A stretch of 64,000 bases of DNA, taken from Bacilli bacterium. Its GTDB lineage: Bacteria > Bacillota_I > Bacilli_A > RFN20 > CAG-826. Of this stretch, positions 42,444 to 52,358 are shown piece by piece (the first letter of the stretch is position 1; each line of letters starts with the position of its first letter). The stretch lies in NCBI GenBank assembly GCA_045628045.1, contig JAZQOV010000002.1, positions 64,001 through 128,000 of the forward strand, given 5' to 3'. The notes under the pieces were generated by a model. It did not search any database. It saw only the letters and a program-made list of their open reading frames with translations, and was not told the DNA's origin. A program made the translations under genes and the position numbers.

Positions 42444-42980
42444 TTACTTGTGTAAGTAATTGTATGTTGGTCCTTTATTTACTGGAGCTGGATGTTTGAC
42501 TTCGTCTTTCATTCTCTTAACAGCTTCATAAATAAGAAGAAGAGCTGATGCAACGATTAATCCACCAAGTAAATATGGAACAAAGGTATAAGCATAATCA
42601 CCCTTTAAATATTGTGGATAGATCTTTGCCCCTGCGACTGAGATTGTAAAGAATAAGATGGAAACAGTGAGCATTACAAGTCCTGTAACAATTTCAATGA
42701 ATGATGACTTCTTAACGAAGATGCATCCGATAAATGAAACAATCAACATAACAAATATTGCAATGCCTTGTCCACAAACAACTTGTGGTAATTGAGCATG
42801 ATCTTTTACACCAAAGATGAACTCATATCCGCTTAATGCGAATTCGAAGTCTTTACCTTTAATAAGGCTGAACTTAACAAATTGACCTGGAATTGCAAAT
42901 AATCCGAATGATAATGCAATTACAATAAAAGCTAAAACAACGATTTTGTTTTCTTTAAGAAATTTGAATAATTTGCTCAT
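42444..42980 (-). CDS. Hypothetical membrane protein (about 4 TM)
   Basis: Four hydrophobic segments; GGAG RBS. Confidence 0.7.
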   Translation of the reverse strand: MSKLFKFLKENKIVVLAFIVIALSFGLFAIPGQFVKFSLIKGKDFEFALSGYEFIFGVKDHAQLPQVVCGQGIAIFVMLIVSFIGCIFVKKSSFIEIVTGLVMLTVSILFFTISVAGAKIYPQYLKGDYAYTFVPYLLGGLIVASALLLIYEAVKRMKDEVKHPAPVNKGPTYNYLHK

Positions 42981-43003
42981 TGTTTCTCTCCTTTTCTAAT
43001 TAG

Positions 43004-43078
43004 TGGTTGGGGCGACTGGGATCGAACCAGTGAATGGCGAGTTCAGAGCCCGCTGCCTTACCGCTTGGCTACGCCCCA
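43004..43078 (-). tRNA. tRNA-Gln(CTG)
   Basis: Cloverleaf on - strand, anticodon arm GCGGG-CT-CTG-AA-CTCGC, encoded CCA. Confidence 0.93.
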
Positions 43079-43112
43079 ATTTCTTATTTGTAATATAAAA
43101 GGCGGCGTAAGT

Positions 43113-43200
43113 TGGTGCCCGGGACCGGACTTGAACCGGTATGGATTATTCATCCGAGGGATTTTAAGTCCCTTGCGTCTACCAATTTCGCCACCTGGGC
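43113..43200 (-). tRNA. tRNA-Leu(TAA)
   Basis: AGGGA-CT-TAA-AA-TCCCT, long variable arm, encoded CCA. Confidence 0.93.
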
Positions 43201-43206
43201 ATTCAA

Positions 43207-43283
43207 TGGTCTCCCGTAGACGATTTGAACGTCCGACCCCTTGATTAAAAGTCGAGTGCTCTAGCCAACTGAGCTAACGGGAG
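43207..43283 (-). tRNA. tRNA-Lys(TTT)
   Basis: CTCGA-CT-TTT-AA-TCAAG (one stem mismatch), TTCAAAT loop, encoded CCA. Confidence 0.9.
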
Positions 43284-43404
43284 ATCGATGCATTTTTTTC
43301 AAAATGCTTTAATATTATACACACGTGAAACATATATTCCAACACTTTTTTATTAAAAAAGAAATTTTGATATAAAAAAATCACCTCACTGGTGACTTCT
43401 AAGA

Positions 43405-43479
43405 TGGTTGGGGTGACAGGGATCGGACCTGTGAATGCAAGAGTCAAAGTCTTGTGCCTTACCACTTGGCTACACCCCA
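43405..43479 (-). tRNA. tRNA-Gln(TTG)
   Basis: CAAGA-CT-TTG-AC-TCTTG, encoded CCA; T-loop reads TCCGATC. Confidence 0.9.
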
Positions 43480-43485
43480 ATAAAG

Positions 43486-43569
43486 TGGTGGGCGAGGACA
43501 GATTTGAACTGCCGAACCCGAAGGAATTGATTTACAGTCAACCGCGTTTGGCCACTTCGCTACTCGCCC
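43486..43569 (-). tRNA. tRNA-Tyr(GTA)
   Basis: GTTGA-CT-GTA-AA-TCAAT, long variable arm, encoded CCA. Confidence 0.93.
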
Positions 43570-43588
43570 ACAATGGTTTCACGTTAGA

Positions 43589-43664
43589 TGGTGGATGTTA
43601 AGAGGCTCGAACTCCTGACCCCCGCCGTGTAAAGGCGATGCTCTCCCAACTGAGCTAAACATCC
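43589..43664 (-). tRNA. tRNA-Val(TAC)
   Basis: TCGCC-TT-TAC-AC-GGCGG, TTCGAGC loop, encoded CCA. Confidence 0.93.
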
Positions 43665-43726
43665 ACATTACACACTAAACGTGCTGAATAAATATATCAT
43701 TTAGATATAAGATAGTCAATCAATAA

Positions 43727-45007
43727 TTAATAACCTTTCTTACCAAGAAGGTGGAACATGTTCTTTTTATATACTTCAACACCAGGTTGATTGAAAGGAT
43801 TTACTTTTAGTAAATATGCGCTCATTGCTGCAGATTTTTCAAAGAAATAGAATAATTCACCAATGGTTTCTGCATCAAATTTGTCTACTTCAATAATTGC
43901 ATTAGGAACTTTGGCAGTTTCGAAGTGAGCTTGTAAAACACCTCTGAAAGCTTTTTCTCCAACATCATTTAAAGTTTTGCCTGCTAAATAGTTGAGGTTA
44001 TCTTCATCACCTTTAATTTTTGAAATTTTGACATCATTAATTGGTTCTTTGCTATGCAAAATAGTTTCAAAAAACATTTGTGAACCATCTTGAATAAATT
44101 GACCAATTGAGTGTAAGTCGGTTGAGAAAGTTAAGCTGCATGGGAGAAGAGCTTTATGCTCTTTACCTTCTGATTCTGCGAATAATTGTTTATACCATTC
44201 TCCAAATTGAACAAGACGAGGTTCATAAGAAATTAACATTTCAACTTTCTTGCCTTGTTTGTATTCGAAGTAACGAATTGCTGCATATTTATATGCATTA
44301 TTTTTAAAGATGTCTGGTGAATTAAATTCTTTTTCAGCCTTCTTTGCACCAGAAATAACTTTATCAATATCAATTCCAGCGCAAGCCATTGGGAATAAAC
44401 CAACTGCTGTTAAAACTGAATAACGTCCGCCGATATTTGAAGGTAAACCAAAGGTTACGTAACCATTTTTCTTTGCAATTTCAAGAAGAAGTCCTTTATT
44501 TGGATCAGTTGTAACAAAGATTGCTTTTTTAGCTTCTTTTTCTCCAACAGTCTTAACTAATTCTTCTTTTAATAAACGGAAGGCAATTGCAGTCTCGGTG
44601 GTGGAGCCACTTTTTGAAATTACGTTAACTGCAAATTTCTTACCGTGAATTTCTTCTAAAACGTCGTGAATATAGTCTGCTGAGAAGGTTTGTCCAAGGA
44701 AAAGAATCTTTGGATTTTTGTTATCATTTAAACCTTTAATTGCTTCAATTGCAGCACGTGCTCCAAGATAGGATCCGCCGATACCACAAACAACCAAAAT
44801 CTCATAGTTTTTACGGATATTTTCCGCATTTTCCTTGATTTTTTTGATTTCTTCTTTGCTAATAAAATCAGATAATTTTTCCCAACCTAAGAAGTCAGAA
44901 CCTGCTGAAGTTCTGTCTTTAATTTGTTGGTCTATTTTTGCAATTCTTTTTGCATATGATTTATAAGGTGCTTTTTTGCCTAAAAATTCATCAATTACTT
45001 TAATCAT
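43727..45007 (-). CDS. pgi: Glucose-6-phosphate isomerase
   Basis: GIGGSYLGA, ISKSGSTTE, GGRYSVL, ESEGK, DLHSIGQ, NPFNQPGVE.YK. Confidence 0.96.
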   Translation of the reverse strand: MIKVIDEFLGKKAPYKSYAKRIAKIDQQIKDRTSAGSDFLGWEKLSDFISKEEIKKIKENAENIRKNYEILVVCGIGGSYLGARAAIEAIKGLNDNKNPKILFLGQTFSADYIHDVLEEIHGKKFAVNVISKSGSTTETAIAFRLLKEELVKTVGEKEAKKAIFVTTDPNKGLLLEIAKKNGYVTFGLPSNIGGRYSVLTAVGLFPMACAGIDIDKVISGAKKAEKEFNSPDIFKNNAYKYAAIRYFEYKQGKKVEMLISYEPRLVQFGEWYKQLFAESEGKEHKALLPCSLTFSTDLHSIGQFIQDGSQMFFETILHSKEPINDVKISKIKGDEDNLNYLAGKTLNDVGEKAFRGVLQAHFETAKVPNAIIEVDKFDAETIGELFYFFEKSAAMSAYLLKVNPFNQPGVEVYKKNMFHLLGKKGY

Positions 45008-45369
45008 TTTTCTTCCTCTTTTGCATTTTTAATCCATTCAGGAAGTTTTTCCTTAAGGATTGTGTAATCAATAAAATCAGGATCTATTTTTTCTTTATGG
45101 ATTCCGTTATTGTGATACATTTCTTTTTCTTCTTCGGTTATTTTGGACATTGAAAGTTTTAAAAAACCATCTTCTTCAATACCAATAATTTTGACTTGAT
45201 ATGTTTTTCCGATATGAAGATATTTGCGAATGTTGCGAATGTAAACATTAGCGACTTCTGAAATGTGAAGAAGTCCTTTTTTATCATCATCAAAAATCAT
45301 TATCGCCCCAAAATCGCGGATATTTATGATTGTTCCTTCAATGATTTCACCAATTTTATACTCTTTCAT
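45004..45369 (-). CDS. S1 RNA-binding domain protein (YugI/GSP13-like)
   Basis: GEIIEGTI..I.DFGA, GLLHISEV, LSMSK. Confidence 0.85.
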   Translation of the reverse strand: MKEYKIGEIIEGTIINIRDFGAIMIFDDDKKGLLHISEVANVYIRNIRKYLHIGKTYQVKIIGIEEDGFLKLSMSKITEEEKEMYHNNGIHKEKIDPDFIDYTILKEKLPEWIKNAKEEEK

Positions 45370-46040
45370 TAGTCGATATATCCTTCGAGATATTTGATAT
45401 CTTCTTTGGTTGTAATTTTATGAAGTTTGTTACTTCCAGGGACAAGTTTAACTTTGCCTTTTGCACTTAAGATTAATGAGCAATCATCTGTCGCTAAATT
45501 ACCTTTTGCTTTTGCGTGTGCTTTTATAAGTTCGCTAAATCTAAAAGCTTGAGGAGTTTGAATTAAAGCGACACTGGAACGTTCTACAAACGATTCAACT
45601 TCATTTTTCTTATTCATCTTTGCAACAGTGTCTACTGATTCAATATAAGTTGTTGCAGCGCCACATTCTTTTGCGGCTTTTGCAACACTTATAATAATTT
45701 TTTCATCAACAAGTGGACGAGCTCCATCATGAATAATGACTATGTCATTTGAAGCAAGTTTAGTTGCAGCGAGTCCCTTTTCTACTGATTCTTGTCGAGT
45801 TTCACCACCTAAAACAATTAAAGCCTTAATGTTTTTAGATTTAACATAATCTGAAATTTCAGATTCATTTGTTTTATTAACGACAAGAATAAGTTCGTCT
45901 ATGGATTTTGCATTAGCAAAAGCCTCTATTGAGTAAGAAAAAACACTTTTGCCTTTAAGTAAGCAAAGTTGTTTATTCTTTGGCCCGCCGAATCTAGTAG
46001 AGAGGCCGGCCATTAACACAATAGCGACTAGTTTTTCCAT
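45369..46040 (-). CDS. ispD: 2-C-methyl-D-erythritol 4-phosphate cytidylyltransferase (IspD/TarI family)
   Basis: AGLSTRF...KQ, GGETRQES, HDGARP, QTPQAF, TDD, KITTKED. Confidence 0.9.
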   Translation of the reverse strand: MEKLVAIVLMAGLSTRFGGPKNKQLCLLKGKSVFSYSIEAFANAKSIDELILVVNKTNESEISDYVKSKNIKALIVLGGETRQESVEKGLAATKLASNDIVIIHDGARPLVDEKIIISVAKAAKECGAATTYIESVDTVAKMNKKNEVESFVERSSVALIQTPQAFRFSELIKAHAKAKGNLATDDCSLILSAKGKVKLVPGSNKLHKITTKEDIKYLEGYID

Positions 46041-46879
46041 TCGATGCCTAATTTATGTGCTAATTTTGCGGATTTTTCTTTTAGAAGTGATTCATTTGCA
46101 ATTGATTGAATAATTGCTTGAATAACTCTTTCAAGTTCACTGCCCTCGGAGTAGTCTGCTTTGATGTAGACATTTGTTCTCTTCTCTTTGAGAAGTTTCT
46201 TAAGTGCAGCTTCATCTTTATCACTGTAAAGTGAGATTGAATGTCCGTGGTTATTTTGGACAAGTTGCATACATGGAATATCAGTCATTCCGTCACCAAG
46301 ATAAATCATGTTTGTGTATGGAATTCTAATATCATCAGTCTTAGTGTTGATTGTTGTATCATCAAGTAAGTCTGTAGCACCTTTACGAATACGATAAATG
46401 TATTGTGTCTTTTGGGTGTAGTTAATTGAAAGCTTTGGCCAAACAGGTTCTTTGGTAACTGGATCAAAGTAGAACTCACATCCAAAGATCTCTTTGAAGT
46501 GTTTTGCAATTGAACTTCCTTCAAGAATTTCTTTTGTTCCTGAGGAAATGATGTAGTGTTCAACTTCAACACCTACTGATTTACCAAATTCATTAATACG
46601 TTTGAACCATGTATCAACGCCTTTGAAATATTCAATGTTTTTACCCATGTCATTAAGGGTTTTTCTGGTTAATTTAATGCCTTTTTCTTTGCTTAAAGCA
46701 ACCATTGTGTACATGTAAGATAAAATTCTTTCAACTCCACTTTTGTTTTGGAACTCTCCAGTGGCACCCCAGAATTCATTTGGTTTCATGCCAAGTGCAG
46801 GGATAAATCCATAATCTTGCATGTCACTTTTTGACAACGTTTTATCGAAGTCATACATAATAGCAACAATTGGTTTCAT
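46028..46879 (-). CDS. HAD-superfamily hydrolase
   Basis: YDFDKTL motif I, ISSG, YLGDGMTDIPCM. Confidence 0.85.
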   Translation of the reverse strand: MKPIVAIMYDFDKTLSKSDMQDYGFIPALGMKPNEFWGATGEFQNKSGVERILSYMYTMVALSKEKGIKLTRKTLNDMGKNIEYFKGVDTWFKRINEFGKSVGVEVEHYIISSGTKEILEGSSIAKHFKEIFGCEFYFDPVTKEPVWPKLSINYTQKTQYIYRIRKGATDLLDDTTINTKTDDIRIPYTNMIYLGDGMTDIPCMQLVQNNHGHSISLYSDKDEAALKKLLKEKRTNVYIKADYSEGSELERVIQAIIQSIANESLLKEKSAKLAHKLGIEWKN

Positions 46880-47013
46880 AGTAATTACCTCGATAAAACC
46901 TTAACAAATGTTAAGTTAAATGTCAAATTATAACAATTGGCATAATTTATTTGCCAATTACATTTGCGTACGAAGTAACAAAAAAGAGAGGCAAAGCCTC
47001 TCTATATTATCAA

Positions 47014-47098
<85 letters not shown>

Positions 47099-47144
47099 AG
47101 CGATAAATAATATACACTCAAGTTACATTTCTAACAAGTAGAAA

Positions 47145-48581
47145 TTACAAGATTTCAGTAAATAACAAAGCTGCTAATCCAAAATAGATAAGCAAACTTG
47201 AAACGTCAACAATTGTTGTTAAAAGTGGTTGAGAAACAATTGCTGGGTCTTTTTTAATAGCGGCAGCGCCCATTGGAAGAAGTACTGCAACCATCTTTGA
47301 AAGGAAGACTGCAATTCCTAAAGTTCCAGCGACTAAACCAGAAACTTTGAATGCATTTAACGCAAAATCTAAGGTCCAGCAAGATCCATCCCAAATAACA
47401 CCTGGATTTGCAGAACTTTTTACAATGCCAGTGTATTGTTCAATTGTGAACCAAACAAAACCAAATGCAGCAATTGTAACAGCAATTATTAAGGCAGTTA
47501 ACGCCTCTTTTTTAAGAACTTTTAAGAACTCTTTTGGTGAGAATTCTTGCAAAGCAAGACCTCTAATCATAAGTGCAATTGTTTGTCCTCCAGCGTTTCC
47601 ACCTGTATCCATGATTACAGGAATGAATGCTGCGAGAATTGCAAGACTTGATAAGCTTGTTTCAAATGAGGATAAAACAAGTGATGAGAATGTTCCTAAA
47701 ATGAGCAAAATAATGATCCAAGGAACACATTTTTTAACCATTTTTCTAACTGGTGTTTCTAAGTATGAATCTTCAAGTGGTGTGACCATTTGTAACTTAG
47801 AAATATCTTCGGTTTGTTCTTCAACGATAACATCGATAACGTCGTCGACTGTGACAATACCAACAAGTCTTCCATCATTATTTAAAACAGCAATGGCGTT
47901 TAAGTCATAACGTTTAACTATGTTAGCAACTTGTTCTTGGTCATCATTAACATTAACTGTGTTGAAGTCTTTGTTCATGATTTTTGTAATCTTGTCATCA
48001 CCATCTGCAAAGATTAAGTCATCTAAGTCGACAGTTCCAACAAGTTTACGTTTTCTGTCCATTACGAAAATAGTGTAAATTGTTTCTTTATTTTTGCCGG
48101 TTTTACGAATTTGTTTAATTGCTTCATCACAAGTGATGTCATCAAGTAAAATGACAAACTCTGTGGTCATAATAGAACCAGCAGTATCTTCTTTGAAGTT
48201 TAAGAGTTTGTTAATATTTGCACGTTTTTCTTTTGGAACGTTTTTCAAAACTCTGGTAACAACGTTAGCAGGAAGTTCCTCAAGATCATCGACGATATCA
48301 TCGGTGAATTGAGATTCTAGAATCTCTGCTAATTGGTCATCAGAAAGATATTTGACTAATTCTTCTTTAATTTCAGAAGGAAGTTCAGTGAAGAAATCCG
48401 CAGTAAATTCAGATTTGACAGTCTTCAAAATAAAGACAATCTTTTTCACGTCTTCTAAATCTGCACAAGCTTCTGCAATATCGATTTCTGGGACAACCTC
48501 AAAAATATGTCTTAATTCTTTGACATTTTTAGAATCGATTAATTTTTCAATTTTTTGGGTTGAAATTAATTCATTTTCCAT
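47145..48581 (-). CDS. mgtE: Magnesium transporter MgtE
   Basis: AGSIMTTEF, CBS pair, GIVTVDDVIDV, MDTGGNAGGQ, DPAIVSQPLLTTIVD. Confidence 0.95.
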   Translation of the reverse strand: MENELISTQKIEKLIDSKNVKELRHIFEVVPEIDIAEACADLEDVKKIVFILKTVKSEFTADFFTELPSEIKEELVKYLSDDQLAEILESQFTDDIVDDLEELPANVVTRVLKNVPKEKRANINKLLNFKEDTAGSIMTTEFVILLDDITCDEAIKQIRKTGKNKETIYTIFVMDRKRKLVGTVDLDDLIFADGDDKITKIMNKDFNTVNVNDDQEQVANIVKRYDLNAIAVLNNDGRLVGIVTVDDVIDVIVEEQTEDISKLQMVTPLEDSYLETPVRKMVKKCVPWIIILLILGTFSSLVLSSFETSLSSLAILAAFIPVIMDTGGNAGGQTIALMIRGLALQEFSPKEFLKVLKKEALTALIIAVTIAAFGFVWFTIEQYTGIVKSSANPGVIWDGSCWTLDFALNAFKVSGLVAGTLGIAVFLSKMVAVLLPMGAAAIKKDPAIVSQPLLTTIVDVSSLLIYFGLAALLFTEIL

Positions 48582-48685
48582 TTTTGAAGCTCCCTTCCGC
48601 GTTTAGTTTACATTCTTTATATAAAGAAATAAAGCAAAATGATTTATTTAGTGATACAATACTTTCGCAAAGGATATATTTATAT

Positions 48686-49258
48686 ATGAAAAAAATTATT
48701 GTTGAAACAAGTGCTCGTCACATTCACGTAACTCAAGAAGCTTTAGAGATTTTATGTGGAAAGGGCGCTAAATTAGAAGTTAAAGCTATGCTTTCTCAAC
48801 CAGGACAATTCGTTTCTACTACAAGATTAAATCTTGTTGGCCCAAAGAAATCAATTGAAGGAGTCTCAATCCTTGGTCCAGTTAGAAAAGCAAATCAAGT
48901 AGAAGTTTCCGCTACAGACGCAAGAACTCTTGGCGTTGCAGCACCAGTAAAAGAATCTGGTGATGTCGCAGGTACTCCTGGAATCAAAATTGTTGGTCCA
49001 GCAGGAGAACTTGAAATTAATGAAGGTGTTATTGTTGCAAAACGTCACATCCACATGACACCAGCAGATGCAAAAGAATTTGGTGTTACAAATGGTCAAA
49101 TCGTTAAAATAGCAACTGGAACGGAAGGACGTAAGGTCATCTTTGATGACGTTGTCATTCGTGTTCGTGAAGACTTCGCTCTTGCAATGCACATTGATAC
49201 AGATGAATCAAATGCAGCAATGTGTGGTATGAAATGCGAAGGCGAAATTATTAAATAA
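48686..49258 (+). CDS. pduL: PduL-type phosphate propanoyl/acetyltransferase
   Basis: SARHIH, LSQPGQF, LGPVR..QVEVS.TD, AKRHIHM, MHIDTDE. Confidence 0.92.
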   Translation: MKKIIVETSARHIHVTQEALEILCGKGAKLEVKAMLSQPGQFVSTTRLNLVGPKKSIEGVSILGPVRKANQVEVSATDARTLGVAAPVKESGDVAGTPGIKIVGPAGELEINEGVIVAKRHIHMTPADAKEFGVTNGQIVKIATGTEGRKVIFDDVVIRVREDFALAMHIDTDESNAAMCGMKCEGEIIK

Positions 49259-49300
49259 TTATTGTATTTACTAACTTGTTAGTATAGAATACAAACATAG

Positions 49301-49404
49301 ATCTTATCAAGAACCGTGTATAAGGGAATGAAAAATCACGGTAGCAACTCTCAAATGAGTAAGTGCTCTTCCTTAGCAGTGGCCCACCCACTGAGCGATA
49401 AGAT
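49301..49404 (+). ncRNA. SAM-I-family riboswitch (atypical P2)
   Basis: P1 ATCTTATC/GATAAGAT, AAGA junction, AGCAAC...GTGCT P3 core; terminator at 49426-49455; directly upstream of metK. Confidence 0.8.
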
Positions 49405-49477
49405 GGAAATCACATAAATACAAAAGTGACTTTCCTTGAGTGGGAAGTCATTTTTATTTATAAATAAGGATACGCGT

Positions 49478-50641
49478 ATGGAAAAGAAAAATTTATTTAC
49501 TTCTGAATCCGTTTCAGAAGGACATCCTGACAAAGTCTGCGATCAAATCGCTGACGCTATTCTCGATGCATGTATTAAAGTTGATCCAACTTCAAGAGTT
49601 GCATGCGAGGTTTTTGTCACCACAAACTATTGTTTGATTGGTGGCGAAATCACTTCAAAAGCACATCCAAATTACAAGAAAATTGCTCGTGAAGTTATTG
49701 AAGATATTGGTTATACCAAGAAAGAATATGGATTTTCTGCAGATAAAGTAAAAATTGATGTTAAAGTCAAAGAGCAATCTAAAGATATCGCAATGGGAGT
49801 TGATGCTTCAAAACCTGAAGAAATTGGTGCAGGTGACCAAGGAATTATGTTTGGTTACGCAACAAACGAAAATGAAGGTTATATGCCACTTCCAATTGCT
49901 ATCGCACACAAGCTTGTTCGTGTTGCAACTTCAAAAAGAAAATCAGGTGAATTTAAGGGTGCAAGACCTGACATGAAATCACAAGTTACAGTTGATTACT
50001 CTAACCCTAAAAAACCAAGAGTTGTCACTGTGCTTATGTCAATTCAACATGACCCAGATATTGATATGAACAAATTCATAGAATTTGTGAAAAATAATAT
50101 TATGATTAATGTTGTTAAATCATTTGGCTTAAATACTGACTTTGAAACACTTATTAATCCAACCGGAAATTTCGTCATTGGCGGACCTGCTGGAGACACT
50201 GGTGTCACAGGACGAAAAATCATTGTTGATACTTATGGTGGCGCTGGTCATCATGGCGGTGGAGCATTCTCTGGAAAAGATCCTACAAAAGTTGATAGAT
50301 CTGCATCATACATGGCCCGTTATATTGCTAAAAACTTAGTTGCAGCAGGAGTTATGGACAAATGTGAAATTCAATTAGGCTATGCAATTGGTAAAAATGA
50401 ACCAGTTTCGTTATTCTGTGAATCATTTGGCACAAGCAAAATTAAAGAAGAAAAACTTCTCGAAATTATTCAAAAAGTCTTTGACTTAAGACCTGGAATG
50501 ATTATTAAAAACTTCTCACTTACAAAGCCAAGTTTTGAATACCACAAACTTACAAACTATGGTCACTTTGGAAGACCTGATCTAGATTTGCCTTGGGAAA
50601 AGCTTGATAAGGTTGAAGAAATTAAGTCTTTACTTAAGTAA
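49478..50641 (+). CDS. metK: S-adenosylmethionine synthetase
   Basis: FTSESVSEGHPDK, GAGDQG, GGGAFSGKDPTKVDRS. Confidence 0.97.
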   Translation: MEKKNLFTSESVSEGHPDKVCDQIADAILDACIKVDPTSRVACEVFVTTNYCLIGGEITSKAHPNYKKIAREVIEDIGYTKKEYGFSADKVKIDVKVKEQSKDIAMGVDASKPEEIGAGDQGIMFGYATNENEGYMPLPIAIAHKLVRVATSKRKSGEFKGARPDMKSQVTVDYSNPKKPRVVTVLMSIQHDPDIDMNKFIEFVKNNIMINVVKSFGLNTDFETLINPTGNFVIGGPAGDTGVTGRKIIVDTYGGAGHHGGGAFSGKDPTKVDRSASYMARYIAKNLVAAGVMDKCEIQLGYAIGKNEPVSLFCESFGTSKIKEEKLLEIIQKVFDLRPGMIIKNFSLTKPSFEYHKLTNYGHFGRPDLDLPWEKLDKVEEIKSLLK

Positions 50642-50782
50642 TTTGATATAAATTTTTTAAAAAAAGAAGTGGATTTCCGCTTCTTTTTTCATTAAAGTAT
50701 GTATTCCTCTTTTAATCTTTTAGATTATTTGCGATAATATAATTGTAATTAGCTACTTACTAATTTGGAAAGGAGATTAATT

Positions 50783-51337
50783 ATGAAGAACCAAATTATT
50801 GGCAAGAACATCGAAGTAACAGAATCAATTAAGGCAGCAGTTGAAAAGAAACTCGCTAGACTTGAAAAGTATTTTGTTATCAATGAAGACGTCTCATGTC
50901 GCGTTGTCGTTAGAAGCTATCCAGTTGGAGCAAAGGTTGAAATTACTATTTTCACACCAATGATGGATCTCAGAGCCGAGGTTTCTGATAACGATTTATA
51001 TGCAGCAGTAGATCTTGCAATCGACAAACTCGAAGGACAAATGAGAAAACTCAAAACCAGAATGGATCGTTCCAATGGTAAGATGTCCTTAGGAAAGGCT
51101 TTAGCCTTAGATTACTTTAAAGACCTCGAAGAAGTTTCTGATGAAGAAGACGAGGTTGTTCGTATCAAGACAAAATATCTTGATCCAATGACAGTAGAAG
51201 AAGCTGTCGCAAGAATGGAAGCAATTGACCACCCATTCTTCCTTTATCTCGATGAAGAAGATGACAAGATTTCAGTCGTCTATAAACGTGATGATGGAGG
51301 CTATGGAATCTTCCAAGCAGAAAACGAATTAAAATAA
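50783..51337 (+). CDS. hpf: Ribosome hibernation promoting factor (long HPF)
   Basis: GKNIEVT, DLYAAVDLAIDKLE.Q.RK.K, C-terminal PMTVEEA...VVYKRDDGGYG. Confidence 0.92.
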   Translation: MKNQIIGKNIEVTESIKAAVEKKLARLEKYFVINEDVSCRVVVRSYPVGAKVEITIFTPMMDLRAEVSDNDLYAAVDLAIDKLEGQMRKLKTRMDRSNGKMSLGKALALDYFKDLEEVSDEEDEVVRIKTKYLDPMTVEEAVARMEAIDHPFFLYLDEEDDKISVVYKRDDGGYGIFQAENELK

Positions 51338-51480
51338 CAAAATAGTTCGAAAAATCTAAAGAGGGGATTTATCCTCTCTTTTCTTTTTTCTTGTAAATAT
51401 CGGTCATTTATCATAAGATAATGACGTGCGACAAAAGAGTCGTAACATGTATTCGATACTAAATTAGAAAGGATATAATT

Positions 51481-52344
51481 ATGAATAATTATACAGCCGC
51501 AATTGCAAGCTTTGTAAGATTCGATGTTGTTGTTTTCAATACTCTTGAATACGCAATGAAGAAAGACAAATACGACATTCAAGCATACAAGGCACGTAAA
51601 GAAGTTATTACAACTGAAATTACACAAAACACACCACTTAAGAATTGTTTAGACAACTCTGGTGATGCTGGTAAAAATTTACTCGAAAAAATCAATGCAC
51701 TTTTAGAACTTATCTACTCTGAAAAATCAACCATCGTTAAACTTTCACAAGATGGAAATGAACTCAGAGTTGACTACTCTCAAGCTATTGCTATTTTCGA
51801 AGCAGTTCTTCCAATTCACGAAGAACTCCGCAAAATCATCTTCGCACACGTAAGCGCAGCCGAAAAAGCACAAATGGACGATGAAGCAACCTTCCCAGAT
51901 GTATTGAACAAGGAAGAATACTTCTACCGTGGACTTGTTAACATGTTAATGTTAGAAGAACTTGATCATCAATTTGCAGAATATAATAAAGCAAGACAAG
52001 AAGCAAAAGGCGGAATTACTCCACAATCTAACTTCATTCAAAATGATATTAATCGTTTAGTTAAACTCTTCCATCTTGTAAGAGATGCTGCTTCAGCACG
52101 TAGTGAAGAATACTATGAAGTCATTGATCCATTATTTGCTCTTATTGAAATGACTGGTGGACGTAGAGATCTTCCTAAAGGAAAGAACTTCGCAGATATG
52201 TTCGTTTCTGTTAAGAAGATTGCAAGAGAAAAGACCACAAAATGGGAACTCGAATGGAAGCCAGCTTATGAAGCTTTCATGAAACACTTCACAGAAGAAA
52301 TCGTTAAGATGCAAAACAAAGAAAAGGAAGGAGTTAAGGCATAA
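51481..52344 (+). CDS. Hypothetical alpha-helical protein
   Basis: 287-aa ORF with GAAAGGA RBS; no recognised motif. Confidence 0.7.
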   Translation: MNNYTAAIASFVRFDVVVFNTLEYAMKKDKYDIQAYKARKEVITTEITQNTPLKNCLDNSGDAGKNLLEKINALLELIYSEKSTIVKLSQDGNELRVDYSQAIAIFEAVLPIHEELRKIIFAHVSAAEKAQMDDEATFPDVLNKEEYFYRGLVNMLMLEELDHQFAEYNKARQEAKGGITPQSNFIQNDINRLVKLFHLVRDAASARSEEYYEVIDPLFALIEMTGGRRDLPKGKNFADMFVSVKKIAREKTTKWELEWKPAYEAFMKHFTEEIVKMQNKEKEGVKA

Positions 52345-52358
52345 TCGCCAAATTGAAT

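Noticed and set aside
43274-43601. ORFs 43274..43480 (-) and 43392..43601 (+)
   Set aside because: They overlap tRNA genes and are spurious translations.
43004-43664. tRNA cluster as a prophage/island integration site
   Set aside because: No integrase, no duplicated tRNA 3' end noticed, and flanking genes look chromosomal.
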